A stretch of DNA of 64,000 nucleotides from Candidatus Latescibacterota bacterium (GTDB lineage Bacteria; Latescibacterota; UBA2968; GCA-2709665), in contig OZ242180.1 of NCBI GenBank assembly GCA_965205485.1, positions 3,744,001-3,808,000 of the forward strand. Direction: 5' to 3'. Both the position numbers and the translations under genes were made by a program. The notes beneath the pieces were generated by a model, which was not told the origin of the DNA, made no database searches, and worked only from the letters and a program-made list of their open reading frames with translations. Positions 37,776-48,310 of the stretch are shown one piece after another. Position 1 is the first letter of the stretch; each line of letters starts with the position of its first letter.

Positions 37776-40700
37776 TCAGACCTTCTCCCCCTCGGACACC
37801 GGGTTGGCCGCCGTCCCCCTGTCGATCAGTTCATCGCCTTCGTTCGCGTATTGACGCTGGCTTTCTTCGGGAATGGTACGCCAGATGAGGAACTGTTTCC
37901 TGATCTGGTTCATGAAGCGCTGGTTGCATCGTTTCCATGAAGCCAGGTCGCCCGAAAGCCGGTCGATGGTGATTTCCAGCGCGTGGATGCCGAAGGTGCC
38001 CGTGGGCGTGGACGTCAGGCTGATGTTCTGGCTGACCCCGAGATCGAACGGCGCCAGCCAGATGGTGGTATCGATCCGGTACCCGCGGCCCCGCGCTGTT
38101 TCATACGTGGACAGGTTGGCGCCGTGGGTGAAAAAGGTTCCCATCGAGCTTTCCGTATGAAAGTCGAAGTACCTGGTGAGAAACGTAAACAGCCCCAGGA
38201 CCTCGCCGCCGGAGATGGTGAACGGAAACTCGAAATGCCAGCGGTCCGCATCCGGCTCGGGAAGCTTCCAGCGCCGGGTGATATCGGGAACCGCCATCTG
38301 GGAAGCCCGCCGGGCGGGGTATACGGTGGACAGGATGACCACGAGCATGACAAGCGTGGACGAGGCCATCGCCGACACGGAGGAGTAGTTCAACGTGAGG
38401 CCCTCGAGGAGGCCGTGCCAGAAGAGGAGCTTGGACACGCCCTGTGCGAGCAGATAGCCCGAGACCGCGCCGAGCACGGCGTACACGCAGGACTCGGCCA
38501 GGAACAGGAAGGCGATGTGTACCGGCGCCAGTCCGACCGAGGAATAGATGCCGATTTCCCGGAATCGTTCGTACACCGAACCCATCATTGTATTCAATAC
38601 GATCAGCGCCGCGATGGCGATGGGAACGAAGAGGTTCGCGAGGCCCTGGGGTGACGCCTGTCCGTACGAGGAGTAAACGGAAACGGCAATGCGCCCGATC
38701 TTTCCCTCCGGCGAAACCTCCGGTACGCCCGCAAACAGAACCACGGACAGCCGCGAGATGAAACTCTCCACGCGAGCCTTGACCACCGTTGGGTCCCTGA
38801 ACCGGACCGCAATTGCCTGGAGCGGGCTGTTGACTTCCCTCAGGGTCTGGTAGGGGACCACCATGACGTTTGCGGGGTCGAGGTGTTCGAATTCCATGAT
38901 TTCGACATCGGTCTCCTCCAGTCCGGCCTTTTCGCGCTTCTCCTGCTGGGCCATCTGCATGAAAACGTTCTCATCGGTCAGCACGAAGTCCGCGGGCGTT
39001 AGCGGCTCGCCATCCAGGTCCTCCAGGTCCTTCATGCGCTCGGCGTCGATCAGTCCGACAACCTTGAATCGCTCTCCGAAGAGGCGTACCTCCGCCTTGC
39101 CGATGTCGGATTCGTCGATTTTCAGGAGGTCCGCCATCGCCTGGGGCAGGACGGTGACGTTTCGTTCGCCCGGAAGGAACCACCTGCCGGCGGACAGGCA
39201 GTCCTGGATCCCGATCACATCGGTCTCCTGCGCGGTCAGTCCCAAAATGCCGAGCGCGTTGGCCGACGTGCTGTCCGATACGACCTGAATGGCCTTTTTC
39301 TCTTTGGAGGCGTACCAGCTGCGCGCCGCCACGACGGCTTCCTTTCCGAAGTTGGCCTGAACATAGTCGAGGACGGATTCCTCCAGCGGCGCCCAATACT
39401 TGCTGCGGATGAGCATCCCCGGATACGGGCCCAGATTGTCCCGCGCGATCTGGTGAAACTTGAGCTGGGACTTGATGGAAGAGAATGACAGGACGGTAAA
39501 GGTGAGCAGGACGAGTGTGGTAAAGGTGAGCAGCGTTCTGAGTTTGCGACGCTTCATATTGGCGATGCCCAGCTGAAAGGCGGCCAGCGAGGCGGAAATC
39601 CGACCCACGTCCACGTCGTGGATGACGGCGGCCTCCGTGCGGAGGTTGCGCATCTGACTGTTGAAGCGGGAAAATACCAGGCTGATCACGAAGCTGGCCA
39701 GCGCCAGCAGCACGAAGGCGAGGAGTATGACAAAAGGATTGGAAAGGTCGAATGCGGGATGGACGATCGACAGGAAGATCCAGATCACCATGAAAATGCC
39801 GGCAAAACCTGCAATCTGTCGCCTGATGTCAACCGCCGTAAATATCAGCCGCTCCCCGAAGAAGGCGCACGGCAGAACCAGCGCCATAAAGAAGATGATG
39901 CCGCGGATCACGTCGTTCTGCGTCCCCTTGACATCGGGATACGCGCGGGACTCGAGGCCCAGCGCGGCACGCGAATGCCTGATGAAATCGTCCCACCGCA
40001 GCTGGTCCCGGGCCATGTCCGCCTGGTCCAGATGTTTCTTCGCCCGCGTGTGCAGATCGGCAAGGCGATCGTTTTCGATTCCGTAGGCGTGAAGTTCGCG
40101 CATCCTGGCGTGGTCCAGGACCCACATGTCTTTGGCGGCCTGGTACGCCGTATGCGTGATTGCGCCGTGGGTGGCGGCGACGAATCCGCTCTTGTGCGCC
40201 GCCTCGACGCTGGTTGTATCGGTTGCATTCAGCAGCAGGTAGCGGATGCCGATACCACGCGTATGCATGGTTAGTTTGAGTCTTGTTCCGGGAGGGGTGA
40301 ACACGACGCCCACCGGCTCGTTTTGGCCGTAACCCAGGGTATAGCCATATTCCCGCGGGGCGGTGTTTCCGTCGCCGTACAGGGATAGACTCGGGAGCTT
40401 GGTGAGGTAGCGCGGGTCCACGGTCTCATAGAAGTCCGTTGAAACACAGGGAAAAAGGATGCGCGTGGCGCGCGTAATCCACCAGTCCATGCCGAATTCA
40501 GGCTTGTAGATCCGCGCTGCCTGCCCTCGATCCCACGCATAGGTGATCTCGCCGCTTTCCGGGTCGAGATAGAAGGCGTCGAGGCCAACCCAGCGTACCG
40601 CCAGGCCGGGAACGTAGAACTCGCCGTTTTCGTCGGCCTGATCGTAGAAGATAGCGCGTACGCCCTTGACCGACTTCTCGTAAGACATTCGCAATACCGC

Positions 40701-42314
40701 CACCGCGCCCTTGCGGGGCCGGTCCGGCGTGATGCTGCGCCGGGGAAAGGTGAGGATGCGTCCCTTCAGCGCGCGCATTCGATCCTTCATCTTGACGCGG
40801 TAGTCGGGCAGGAAGCCGGGATCGTTCAGCGCCTTGCTGAGCGCCGCGGTCAGCAGCCTGATCTGGTTTGTCAGATTGGCCAGATTGACGTGTTCGACGG
40901 TGTCGTAGGGGGTGTCCACCCGGAATCGGGCGTCGTTGATGGTCACGAATGCCAGCGTCGGCATTCCGGCGGTCAGCACCACCTGCGAGTCGGTCTTCAG
41001 ATTTCCGCCGGGAATGAACATGCTCCAGCTCATGCCCGAAGGCGGGTTGATGCCGTCAACCAGCGACCGCTTTGCGTCCATGCCGAATGCCGGAGCGAGG
41101 TCCGCGCCGAGGTTGCTGAAGCGTTTGCCCAGCGGCGTGAAGAATCTCTGAAAATAGAACGCGGTGGAACCGTTCCAGACGGCCATCTGGTCGGTCTGGG
41201 AGGTTAGGTCCAGGGAGATCCACAACCGGATATCGATGGGATCCGTCATCAGCGCGGCGAAGTGTTCCTCTTTCCGCGCATGCCGTCCCAGGAAGTCGCA
41301 CACGCCGCGAAAACCGAGATGATGCGCCGAGGTTGCCAGGAAAAGGACGGTGTGGGCGGGCGGATGCGCCTTGAAGTATTTCGCCATTTCCAGCATGGCG
41401 GCGATTCCGGATGCCTGTTCGGCGCCCGGGGCGAGCGCGGGCACCACCGACATGGCGTCGTAATACGCGTCGATGAGTACCACGCGTTCCCGTAGCTGAG
41501 GGTCAGCGCCTGTGATCCAGCCGATGATGTTTTGCGTGGGGTGCCGCTCCCAGTCCATCCGCGACTTCAATTCAACCTCGATCCGCTCGCCGTCGGCCAG
41601 CCGGCGCCGGAGGCGTTCCCCTTCGGACTTGCCGATCCAGAAGCGGGGCGCATTGAGTGGGACCTGGAAGAATTTCTGCTCTGCTTCGGCCGTTGTGGTG
41701 GAGTCCGGCGCCACGAAGACAATCGCCCTGGCGCCCAGCATGGAGGCGTTCATCCAGCGGTTCCAGGAGTTGAAGTCCAGCAGCACGACGCTGCCGCCTG
41801 GCTCTTTGCCGTTGAAATCGGCGAACTCCCCTGCGCCGCCGTCGATCAGCGGGGCGCGCAGTCCGGCGCCCGGCAGGGTGGACGTGCGAACCAGGTTGGG
41901 CCAGACCGCATGGATGGGGACAACGCGGGACTCGCCGATGATCCGAAGACCGCCGCCCTTGTCGACGGGCGACGTGACGTCGTAGGTTTCCACCGAGACG
42001 TTTTCCAGACCGATACGTTCGAATTCTTCCCGAATATAGAGAGACGCCTCCCTGTGGCCCGGATAGCCGACCACCCGCGAACCCGATCCGCTGAGCCGGA
42101 GCAGACGGGATTCGACTCCGGCAGGCGTGATCCGCTCCCGGATGCTGTCGGCCAGTTGCTGTTGGCCGGTGGCCACCCTGGCGGGCGGGGGTTCCGGATA
42201 GCGGATATCGAACCATTCGAACAGGCGGTCGGTCAGCGCCTGCGGAGAGACCAGGGTCATCGCGAGAAAGGCAATGAGGATGACCAGGCCGATGGCGATA
42301 TTATTTGTTTTCAC
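37776..42314 (-). CDS. Large membrane protein: PA + degenerate M28 peptidase domains, multi-TM segment, MacB-like periplasmic and FtsX permease domains
   Basis: 'SRVVGYPGH', 'DAYYDAMSVVPALAPGAEQASG', 'NMKRRKLRTLLT', 'SVYERFREIGIYSSVG', 'YPARRAS'. Confidence 0.8.
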   Translation of the reverse strand: MKTNNIAIGLVILIAFLAMTLVSPQALTDRLFEWFDIRYPEPPPARVATGQQQLADSIRERITPAGVESRLLRLSGSGSRVVGYPGHREASLYIREEFERIGLENVSVETYDVTSPVDKGGGLRIIGESRVVPIHAVWPNLVRTSTLPGAGLRAPLIDGGAGEFADFNGKEPGGSVVLLDFNSWNRWMNASMLGARAIVFVAPDSTTTAEAEQKFFQVPLNAPRFWIGKSEGERLRRRLADGERIEVELKSRMDWERHPTQNIIGWITGADPQLRERVVLIDAYYDAMSVVPALAPGAEQASGIAAMLEMAKYFKAHPPAHTVLFLATSAHHLGFRGVCDFLGRHARKEEHFAALMTDPIDIRLWISLDLTSQTDQMAVWNGSTAFYFQRFFTPLGKRFSNLGADLAPAFGMDAKRSLVDGINPPSGMSWSMFIPGGNLKTDSQVVLTAGMPTLAFVTINDARFRVDTPYDTVEHVNLANLTNQIRLLTAALSKALNDPGFLPDYRVKMKDRMRALKGRILTFPRRSITPDRPRKGAVAVLRMSYEKSVKGVRAIFYDQADENGEFYVPGLAVRWVGLDAFYLDPESGEITYAWDRGQAARIYKPEFGMDWWITRATRILFPCVSTDFYETVDPRYLTKLPSLSLYGDGNTAPREYGYTLGYGQNEPVGVVFTPPGTRLKLTMHTRGIGIRYLLLNATDTTSVEAAHKSGFVAATHGAITHTAYQAAKDMWVLDHARMRELHAYGIENDRLADLHTRAKKHLDQADMARDQLRWDDFIRHSRAALGLESRAYPDVKGTQNDVIRGIIFFMALVLPCAFFGERLIFTAVDIRRQIAGFAGIFMVIWIFLSIVHPAFDLSNPFVILLAFVLLALASFVISLVFSRFNSQMRNLRTEAAVIHDVDVGRISASLAAFQLGIANMKRRKLRTLLTFTTLVLLTFTVLSFSSIKSQLKFHQIARDNLGPYPGMLIRSKYWAPLEESVLDYVQANFGKEAVVAARSWYASKEKKAIQVVSDSTSANALGILGLTAQETDVIGIQDCLSAGRWFLPGERNVTVLPQAMADLLKIDESDIGKAEVRLFGERFKVVGLIDAERMKDLEDLDGEPLTPADFVLTDENVFMQMAQQEKREKAGLEETDVEIMEFEHLDPANVMVVPYQTLREVNSPLQAIAVRFRDPTVVKARVESFISRLSVVLFAGVPEVSPEGKIGRIAVSVYSSYGQASPQGLANLFVPIAIAALIVLNTMMGSVYERFREIGIYSSVGLAPVHIAFLFLAESCVYAVLGAVSGYLLAQGVSKLLFWHGLLEGLTLNYSSVSAMASSTLVMLVVILSTVYPARRASQMAVPDITRRWKLPEPDADRWHFEFPFTISGGEVLGLFTFLTRYFDFHTESSMGTFFTHGANLSTYETARGRGYRIDTTIWLAPFDLGVSQNISLTSTPTGTFGIHALEITIDRLSGDLASWKRCNQRFMNQIRKQFLIWRTIPEESQRQYANEGDELIDRGTAANPVSEGEKV

Positions 42315-42411
42315 AAAGACACCTGCGCCGTGTTAAGGATTCGCGTCGATTGAACGCGAGTTTTCGCATGCGCCGACGTTTGCGTTTCGACCCGAAGCCG
42401 GATCGCGGACG

Positions 42412-44421
42412 CTAATACCATTTATGCACCACGTGGCCATCCGGCTGGAACCAGACAGCGTCCACGACAACGCCCGCGGCCACGGACAATATGTAACCCA
42501 CAAGCATCCCGATGAAGAACGGTCTGGATTTCCGGTAGAAGGCGGCGCCGGCGAGCTTGAGCATGGTCAGCTTGACCAGCCATGCCACAAATATGGTCGC
42601 GCTGGTAAGCCTCGAGAGCGCCGTGCCGGAAAGGGCGAAGCCGATCGGATGCAGCGGCCACCAGACGAAGCGGTACCGCATCAGATTCAGCAAAGCCATG
42701 ACGGCGGCCCCGGCGAAGAAGAACCAGTAGTTGACCGGCTCGATGGGGCTGTCCACGGCCTTGATGGAGTTGGCGATGCCCTGAATCTGCCGGACGCCGG
42801 CGTGGATGATCAGCCAGTTGGGCTGGATATTGTATCCGCCGATAGTGTATCCGAGCCAGACGGTGTAGAGCGTGGATGTAACCATACCCACCACGAACGC
42901 CGCGCAGACGGCTCCGAAGAGCCGGCGTTTGCCCCCGGGCAGGAACTCCGCCAGGCGGTTGATGTGCGTCATCGTCCCCATGGAAAGGCCGCGGTAGTGG
43001 TTTACCGCGCGGGAGGACATGCTCAGCGCCATTTTGGTGTACGCGGTAAACGTGTGGGAACCGCCCAGAAACCGGCTGAGGAGACCCCACGCCGACGTGG
43101 GCGGGTTGAGGTAGACGATTCCGGAGTCCGCGAGCATTTTCGATACGGTCGTATACACGACGAGCATGCACAGGATGAGAAGGACGATGACCTTCACCTG
43201 CATGCCGATCCATCCCAGCCAGAGCGCCATGTAGAGACACCCGGCAATCAGGCCGATTACGGCGTGCCGGTACGAGAGCAGTTCGTTGCTGTCGTCGGGA
43301 GTCGGTCGATCGGGGTTGAAGGCTTTCCTGATGACGTCGCGCAGGTGGTGTCTTGCGACCCAGATCCCCCAGAGCGCGAAGGCCGTAAACCCGCCGGCCG
43401 TCTGCCAGATGTAACGCCCGCGGCCATAGTAGGGTGAGATGGCCGAGACGCCGAGCCCGCTGAGTATACCGCCCTCGAGAATGAAAAGGACGTCGAAAAA
43501 CCAGAGACTGAAGAGGATTTCCAGGCTGGCGAAGTACGAGAAGCAGATGACAACCGTACTCAAAAAGAAGAAACCGGGCGGGAAATCCCGCGAGAAAAAG
43601 AACCAGCGGGCGGAAGCGGTAGGGAAGCGCGGGAACTGGGGATAGAACCAGGCAATCATGTTCCAGCCGAAAACGAACGTGGTGAGCATGAACCCTGCCC
43701 AGAACGCCTTTCCCTTCATGAATTCAGGGAACCATCGTCTTCCCGTTCCGCCCTGTGTGGTAAACTCGACGATGGGTTCCATCGCGGGGAAGACGAGACG
43801 CTCGTATTCGGACCACTGCTTTCGGAAAATGACGGACAGGCAGGCCGCGGCAAGTGCGACGGCGCAGAGAAAGGTGAACCACCAGAAGAGGGGCACGGCC
43901 CAGACGCCCCAGGGAATGGACGCGCCCTGGGGCAGACCTTCGTAGAACCAGGCCATCGCGTTGCCTTCGTTTTCCGGAATCAGCCAACCCGGCAGGTACG
44001 GATGAAGGTACCGCGCCCATTCGTTCTCCTGGGTGACGAAATAGTGCGGCGCGACCATGATACCCACGAGGTAGCCGCTGATCCCGTAGGTAGGCCCCAG
44101 AGAACTGATGAATCCCATGCAGAAGATGGTGATCCATTCGGAGGACGAGAAGAGGAACCGCCGGCCGAACCTGTAGGCCAGCATCGAACAGACGATGATG
44201 GATACCAGCGTCAGGATCAGGTTGCCCATGGGCATATGGCTGTACGCCATAAACGACGCGTGGAGGACATAGCGCACCGTGTCGCCCAGGATACCGATGG
44301 CCACCGAAAGCAGGAGACCGTAGACGATGGACCTGACGGTCACGCCGCGATTCCTCGCTGCTTTCCGGCCGGTATCCATCCCGGCATCGGAATTCATCGA
44401 TTTCGCCGATGGCATTGACAT
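42412..44421 (-). CDS. Polytopic membrane protein resembling the DUF6785/DUF6784 putative peptide transporters
   Basis: Many TM segments; 'RKQWSEYERLVFP', 'WPLHPIG', 'YRKSRPFFIG'. Confidence 0.7.
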   Translation of the reverse strand: MSMPSAKSMNSDAGMDTGRKAARNRGVTVRSIVYGLLLSVAIGILGDTVRYVLHASFMAYSHMPMGNLILTLVSIIVCSMLAYRFGRRFLFSSSEWITIFCMGFISSLGPTYGISGYLVGIMVAPHYFVTQENEWARYLHPYLPGWLIPENEGNAMAWFYEGLPQGASIPWGVWAVPLFWWFTFLCAVALAAACLSVIFRKQWSEYERLVFPAMEPIVEFTTQGGTGRRWFPEFMKGKAFWAGFMLTTFVFGWNMIAWFYPQFPRFPTASARWFFFSRDFPPGFFFLSTVVICFSYFASLEILFSLWFFDVLFILEGGILSGLGVSAISPYYGRGRYIWQTAGGFTAFALWGIWVARHHLRDVIRKAFNPDRPTPDDSNELLSYRHAVIGLIAGCLYMALWLGWIGMQVKVIVLLILCMLVVYTTVSKMLADSGIVYLNPPTSAWGLLSRFLGGSHTFTAYTKMALSMSSRAVNHYRGLSMGTMTHINRLAEFLPGGKRRLFGAVCAAFVVGMVTSTLYTVWLGYTIGGYNIQPNWLIIHAGVRQIQGIANSIKAVDSPIEPVNYWFFFAGAAVMALLNLMRYRFVWWPLHPIGFALSGTALSRLTSATIFVAWLVKLTMLKLAGAAFYRKSRPFFIGMLVGYILSVAAGVVVDAVWFQPDGHVVHKWY

Positions 44422-44517
44422 GGATTGCCGTTTCCTGAGACGATGCTGCGCGGGACCGACCTCCCGCACGGAAGAAGGCGCCGGATGCCAACCGTCACAA
44501 TTCCGCGGCAGGGCCGC

Positions 44518-45528
44518 TCAGAAGGGGTCTCGTACAATGGCTTCCGCGGTCGCGGCGGCGAGGGGGTTCAGCGCGGTCGCCCTTTGCAGGCACGCCGCTG
44601 CAAGGCTGTCCCGCCCCGACAGCATGTAGTAGTGCGAAAGGGTCTGAAAGCGTTCCGCCGTGGGATTCTCCGCGGCGTCACGTTCCAGATGGCGAATGCG
44701 CGCGGCCAGCCTGCTCTGGCGTTCGAAAACAGTCAACTGCGCCCCGGCCTCCCCTTCACGCCCGAGGGCGAGCAGAGACCGACCCGTCAGATATCGCGTG
44801 CGGGTGTGGTGAGGATCCAAAACGGCCGCCCGACGGAGATGAGACAATGCTGTGCGCGGACGTTTCGCCATGAGTTCGGCGCTGGCGACGTCGCAGAGCA
44901 GATCGACGTCTCCCGGGGAGTCCTCAAGGGCCTGCCGGAAACAAGCCGCAGACGAATCGAGTTCGCCACGGCTGAAGTGAACGCGCCCCAGGCCGGCGAG
45001 AATCCGCCCGCGGTCCCCGCCGAAAGCCCCGGCGCGCCGGAAATGGGTTTCCGCGTTGCCGAGGTTTCCCGCCGCGAGGTAGAATTCGGCCAGTTCCAGG
45101 GCGTGGGCGGGGTTGTCCGGCACTTCCTCGACGGCTCTCAGATAGGCGGCCTCGGCCTCCCGGTCCGCCCGTGCGTTGCGAAGGGCCCGCGCGTATATTA
45201 ACCACTCCTGCGGGCTCGATCCAGGTGGAGAAATCGCGTTGAGGGTTTTCTTCGCTTCGGCGAACCGTCCCCGTGCCGCCAGGAGATCCGAAAGACCGTA
45301 CCGCGCGCGCGCGGAGGGCGAGTGGATGGCGATGGATTCCCGGTACGACGCCATCGCTTCTTCTACGTCGCCGTGTTTCAACGCAGTTTCGGCGCGAATG
45401 CAAAGATCGGCGGCACGCTGTTCAGGAGTCCCGGACGTCGGCCGAAACCAGACGACCGCCAGCGCTACCGGAAACAGCACGACCAGAGTTCTATAACTCC
45501 GTACCGCAGAATTGACAAAATTTCGCAT
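44518..45528 (-). CDS. Membrane-anchored TPR protein
   Basis: N-terminal hydrophobic segment then successive TPR-like units ending in xP. Confidence 0.8.
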   Translation of the reverse strand: MRNFVNSAVRSYRTLVVLFPVALAVVWFRPTSGTPEQRAADLCIRAETALKHGDVEEAMASYRESIAIHSPSARARYGLSDLLAARGRFAEAKKTLNAISPPGSSPQEWLIYARALRNARADREAEAAYLRAVEEVPDNPAHALELAEFYLAAGNLGNAETHFRRAGAFGGDRGRILAGLGRVHFSRGELDSSAACFRQALEDSPGDVDLLCDVASAELMAKRPRTALSHLRRAAVLDPHHTRTRYLTGRSLLALGREGEAGAQLTVFERQSRLAARIRHLERDAAENPTAERFQTLSHYYMLSGRDSLAAACLQRATALNPLAAATAEAIVRDPF

Positions 45529-46327
45529 CGGGCTCCCGTGTCACGGCGTTGCATACCGCGCAGGACCGCGTGCCGGACCGGCCCTGCGCGGCCTGGAAGA
45601 TTTCGACCGACAGGATGCTCGAGGGCACGGCGATGATGCTGAACCCCAGTAACATGACAACAATCGCAAGGAGTTGGCCAGGTGCGGTTTTGGGAGATAT
45701 GTCGCCGTATCCGACCGTTGTGAGCGTCACGATGGCCCAATAGATGCTTCGGGGAATACTCGTAAATCCGTTATCCGGTGTTTCTATCACGTACATCAGC
45801 GAGCCAAGGACGACAACCGTCGTCATCACCGTGACCAGAAAAACCGCGACCTTTCGGTAGCTGGTTTGAATCGCCCGAACCATCAATTGGGCCGCGTTCA
45901 GGTATTGCACCAGTTTTAGTACGCGAAATACACGCAGGACACGTAGTATACGGATGACCACGAGATAATGACTGCCGGGCAGAAGCACATCGACATAGGT
46001 GGGAACGATGGCAAGCAGGTCAACAATGCCGAAGAAGGACGTCGCGTATCGCAATCGGCGTTCGGCGCAGACAAGCCGCAAAATATATTCGAGCGTGAAA
46101 ACGAGCGTAAAGAACCACTCAATGCCGTAAAGAAGGTCACCGTGGGTTTTCCGGACGGCGTCGACGCTGTCCAGCATCACGGTCAGGACACTCAAAATGA
46201 TGGTGAAAATGAGAACGAGTGCGAAACGGCGCCCCGCATGCGTTTCCGAATCGAACATGATATACCGGAGACGCAGGCGCCATCCGGAGGCCGGCCGGCC
46301 TCCGTTTTGTACGTGTGTCATTTGCAT
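45491..46327 (-). CDS. Voltage-gated-type K+ channel / ion transporter with C-terminal Zn ribbon
   Basis: S4 'IRILRVLRVFRVLK', selectivity filter 'TTVGYGD', CxxC...CxxC tail. The longer computed start lies inside the MITE. Confidence 0.9.
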   Translation of the reverse strand: MQMTHVQNGGRPASGWRLRLRYIMFDSETHAGRRFALVLIFTIILSVLTVMLDSVDAVRKTHGDLLYGIEWFFTLVFTLEYILRLVCAERRLRYATSFFGIVDLLAIVPTYVDVLLPGSHYLVVIRILRVLRVFRVLKLVQYLNAAQLMVRAIQTSYRKVAVFLVTVMTTVVVLGSLMYVIETPDNGFTSIPRSIYWAIVTLTTVGYGDISPKTAPGQLLAIVVMLLGFSIIAVPSSILSVEIFQAAQGRSGTRSCAVCNAVTREPDAKFCQFCGTEL

Positions 46328-46336
46328 TTCAGGATT

Positions 46337-46503
46337 TAATGTCCTGTCGCAAAAATTCCTCGCCATTCGACCGCCGATTTATCCCGTCTCGCTGCGTTCC
46401 CCTCGCTCGCCGACCATACGCAGGTCGCCTGCGCTCCGGCACCTTGCGAGCCGGGCGACTCGGCGGTCGAATTCAGGCAACTTATTTCCGGGACAGAACA
46501 TTA
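46337..46503. mobile_element. ~166-bp MITE-like element, copy 2 (inverted relative to copy 1)
   Basis: TAATGTCCTGTCGC...GGGACAGAACATTA with TA at both ends; roughly 90% identical by eye to the reverse complement of 10543-10708. Confidence 0.75.
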
Positions 46504-46629
46504 AGCCGAACATGATCGCAACCGACCCCTCGCTTTTCTCACCGCAATGGCAGCCTCGAATGCACGGATCGGGCGATTGCGGTCTGCGGCTGACCCAGGG
46601 CCGGAACGCCTTTACGGGACAGCGCCTCG

Positions 46630-47421
46630 TCAGTAACGGACGTCCACAAGCCATGCTTCTTTGGGATGGGATTCCCAGCGTTTTCTCAGGGCCGTCTCGT
46701 TGGGGCTGAACCTTCCGCCGTAGGAAATGCCGCCGTGCGAGATGTTGACGCTCACGGCGACACTGTCGCCGGCGGGCACCCAGTGGGGCGTGAGCAGTTG
46801 ATTCCAGAGCAAAACTCCTTTTTCCATCCTGTACGAGAGAATGTCGTCGGGGTCGTGATCCGGCGGTCCGTTCGGTCCTCTGAGCGCCTCGCGGTTGTTG
46901 ACGGCATCGTGGAGGGGTGCGTATTTGTAGGGATCCTTGAATGCATTGAAGTACTTTACGCCCCAGACCTGCCACGCCACGACGTGCGAGGTATCCATGT
47001 GGTACGACGAGCTGCAGTTCCTTCCGGAAATGAAAATGATGGGATAACAGCGTTGCCAGGTAAAACCGTTCGAGGCCAGAAAGGTGCGCCAGGGAATCAT
47101 GATCCTGTTCTGGAATTCCCGAAGGAACTGACCCTCGCCGTAGAAATTCTGCAGGTGAAAGTGTGCGAGCGAAAAGGGGCGGTCGATAACGTCGGCGATG
47201 GGTAGCGTTTTGAATTCCTCAGCCCTCGTTTTTTTCTCATCTTCCGAGATGTCGCCTGGAATGTTGATTCGTGCCTGACCGTCCTTTCGAAGGATGTCCA
47301 CGATTTCGTCCGCGGGTGGAAACGCCATTTCAAAACGGAAGAACTCAGGGTCGATCAGGAAATTCTGAAGGCCGTTCCAGCGATGCTTCAGTTCGTCTTC
47401 GTTCCGGACGATGATCCGCAT
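46630..47421 (-). CDS. Cupin/JmjC-like putative Fe(II)/2OG oxygenase
   Basis: 'IFIS...SSSYHMD...WQVWGVK...TPHWV...SVNI' (HxD...H triad); SD GGAGG. Confidence 0.6.
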   Translation of the reverse strand: MRIIVRNEDELKHRWNGLQNFLIDPEFFRFEMAFPPADEIVDILRKDGQARINIPGDISEDEKKTRAEEFKTLPIADVIDRPFSLAHFHLQNFYGEGQFLREFQNRIMIPWRTFLASNGFTWQRCYPIIFISGRNCSSSYHMDTSHVVAWQVWGVKYFNAFKDPYKYAPLHDAVNNREALRGPNGPPDHDPDDILSYRMEKGVLLWNQLLTPHWVPAGDSVAVSVNISHGGISYGGRFSPNETALRKRWESHPKEAWLVDVRY

Positions 47422-47446
47422 GTTTCCTCCTGTTCAGACGCTGAAC

Positions 47447-48016
47447 TCAACTGGCGCAGGCCTCGCAGACGAGACCGAACCGCATCTGGCCGCTGTCCGG
47501 AATCTCAGTCTCGAAGTCGGTCCTGACGAAACCGTCCGTTGAGCCGCAAAAGTCGCATTTCCCGCGTTCGCGTCCGTCGGTTCGCGCATCTGCCTGACGT
47601 GCAGATTCCGCGGGGCCGGCGCAGGCTTTCAGATAGGCGGCAGCCTGACGCCGGATCCCCTTGTCGGGCTCCTTTTCCACCGCGCGTTCGAAAATGGCGG
47701 CAAGAGCCGGGTCGTCCGGTCGTCCGCCGTCTTCCAGGGTGTGCCACGCGGCTTTGCGCACGCCCCGATCGGGGTCTTCGAGCATGCGGTAAAGCGCCTG
47801 CCACACATCCTCACGGCGCCGTCTGATATGGCAGGGGCAGAGGAATCTGGCGGCGGTTTCCCGGTCTTCCGGGTCGTGGCTGCGGGAGAGTTTGACGAGC
47901 TTCCCGATGTTCTCGCCGCTGAAGCGCGCCTCTCCTATCCTGAATGCCCGCTTCTGAAATCTGTTCAGCCCGTGCTTCTTCCGTCTCAAGGTTTCACCCG
48001 TTCTACGATCCGGCAC
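47447..48016 (-). CDS. HEAT-repeat protein with C-terminal Zn-finger-like motif
   Basis: 'LEDPDRGVRKAAWHTL', 'EPDKGIRRQA', CDFC...CEAC. Confidence 0.65.
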   Translation of the reverse strand: MPDRRTGETLRRKKHGLNRFQKRAFRIGEARFSGENIGKLVKLSRSHDPEDRETAARFLCPCHIRRRREDVWQALYRMLEDPDRGVRKAAWHTLEDGGRPDDPALAAIFERAVEKEPDKGIRRQAAAYLKACAGPAESARQADARTDGRERGKCDFCGSTDGFVRTDFETEIPDSGQMRFGLVCEACAS

Positions 48017-48310
48017 GAACCTCTACCTTCCGTGCGACTGCCGGGCCGGACGAAAAGAGTGGACGATTGCTGACAATTGCGGCTACAATATAACATATGG
48101 CGTACCATTTTCAAAATTCTAGTCGCCTGGTACATGCCGGAGGAATTCACGCGCGTATTTCGTCAAAACAGAATCACCCATGCGCCGAAAATGGAGCACA
48201 CCGGGGACGGCGGCGCCCCGTGGCGCACTCGGAAGCGGGCCGCCGAAATTCCATCGGTCACCGCGCTCGCAGCAGTTGCAATCTCACCCTTATAGAGGGA
48301 GCCAGTAACC

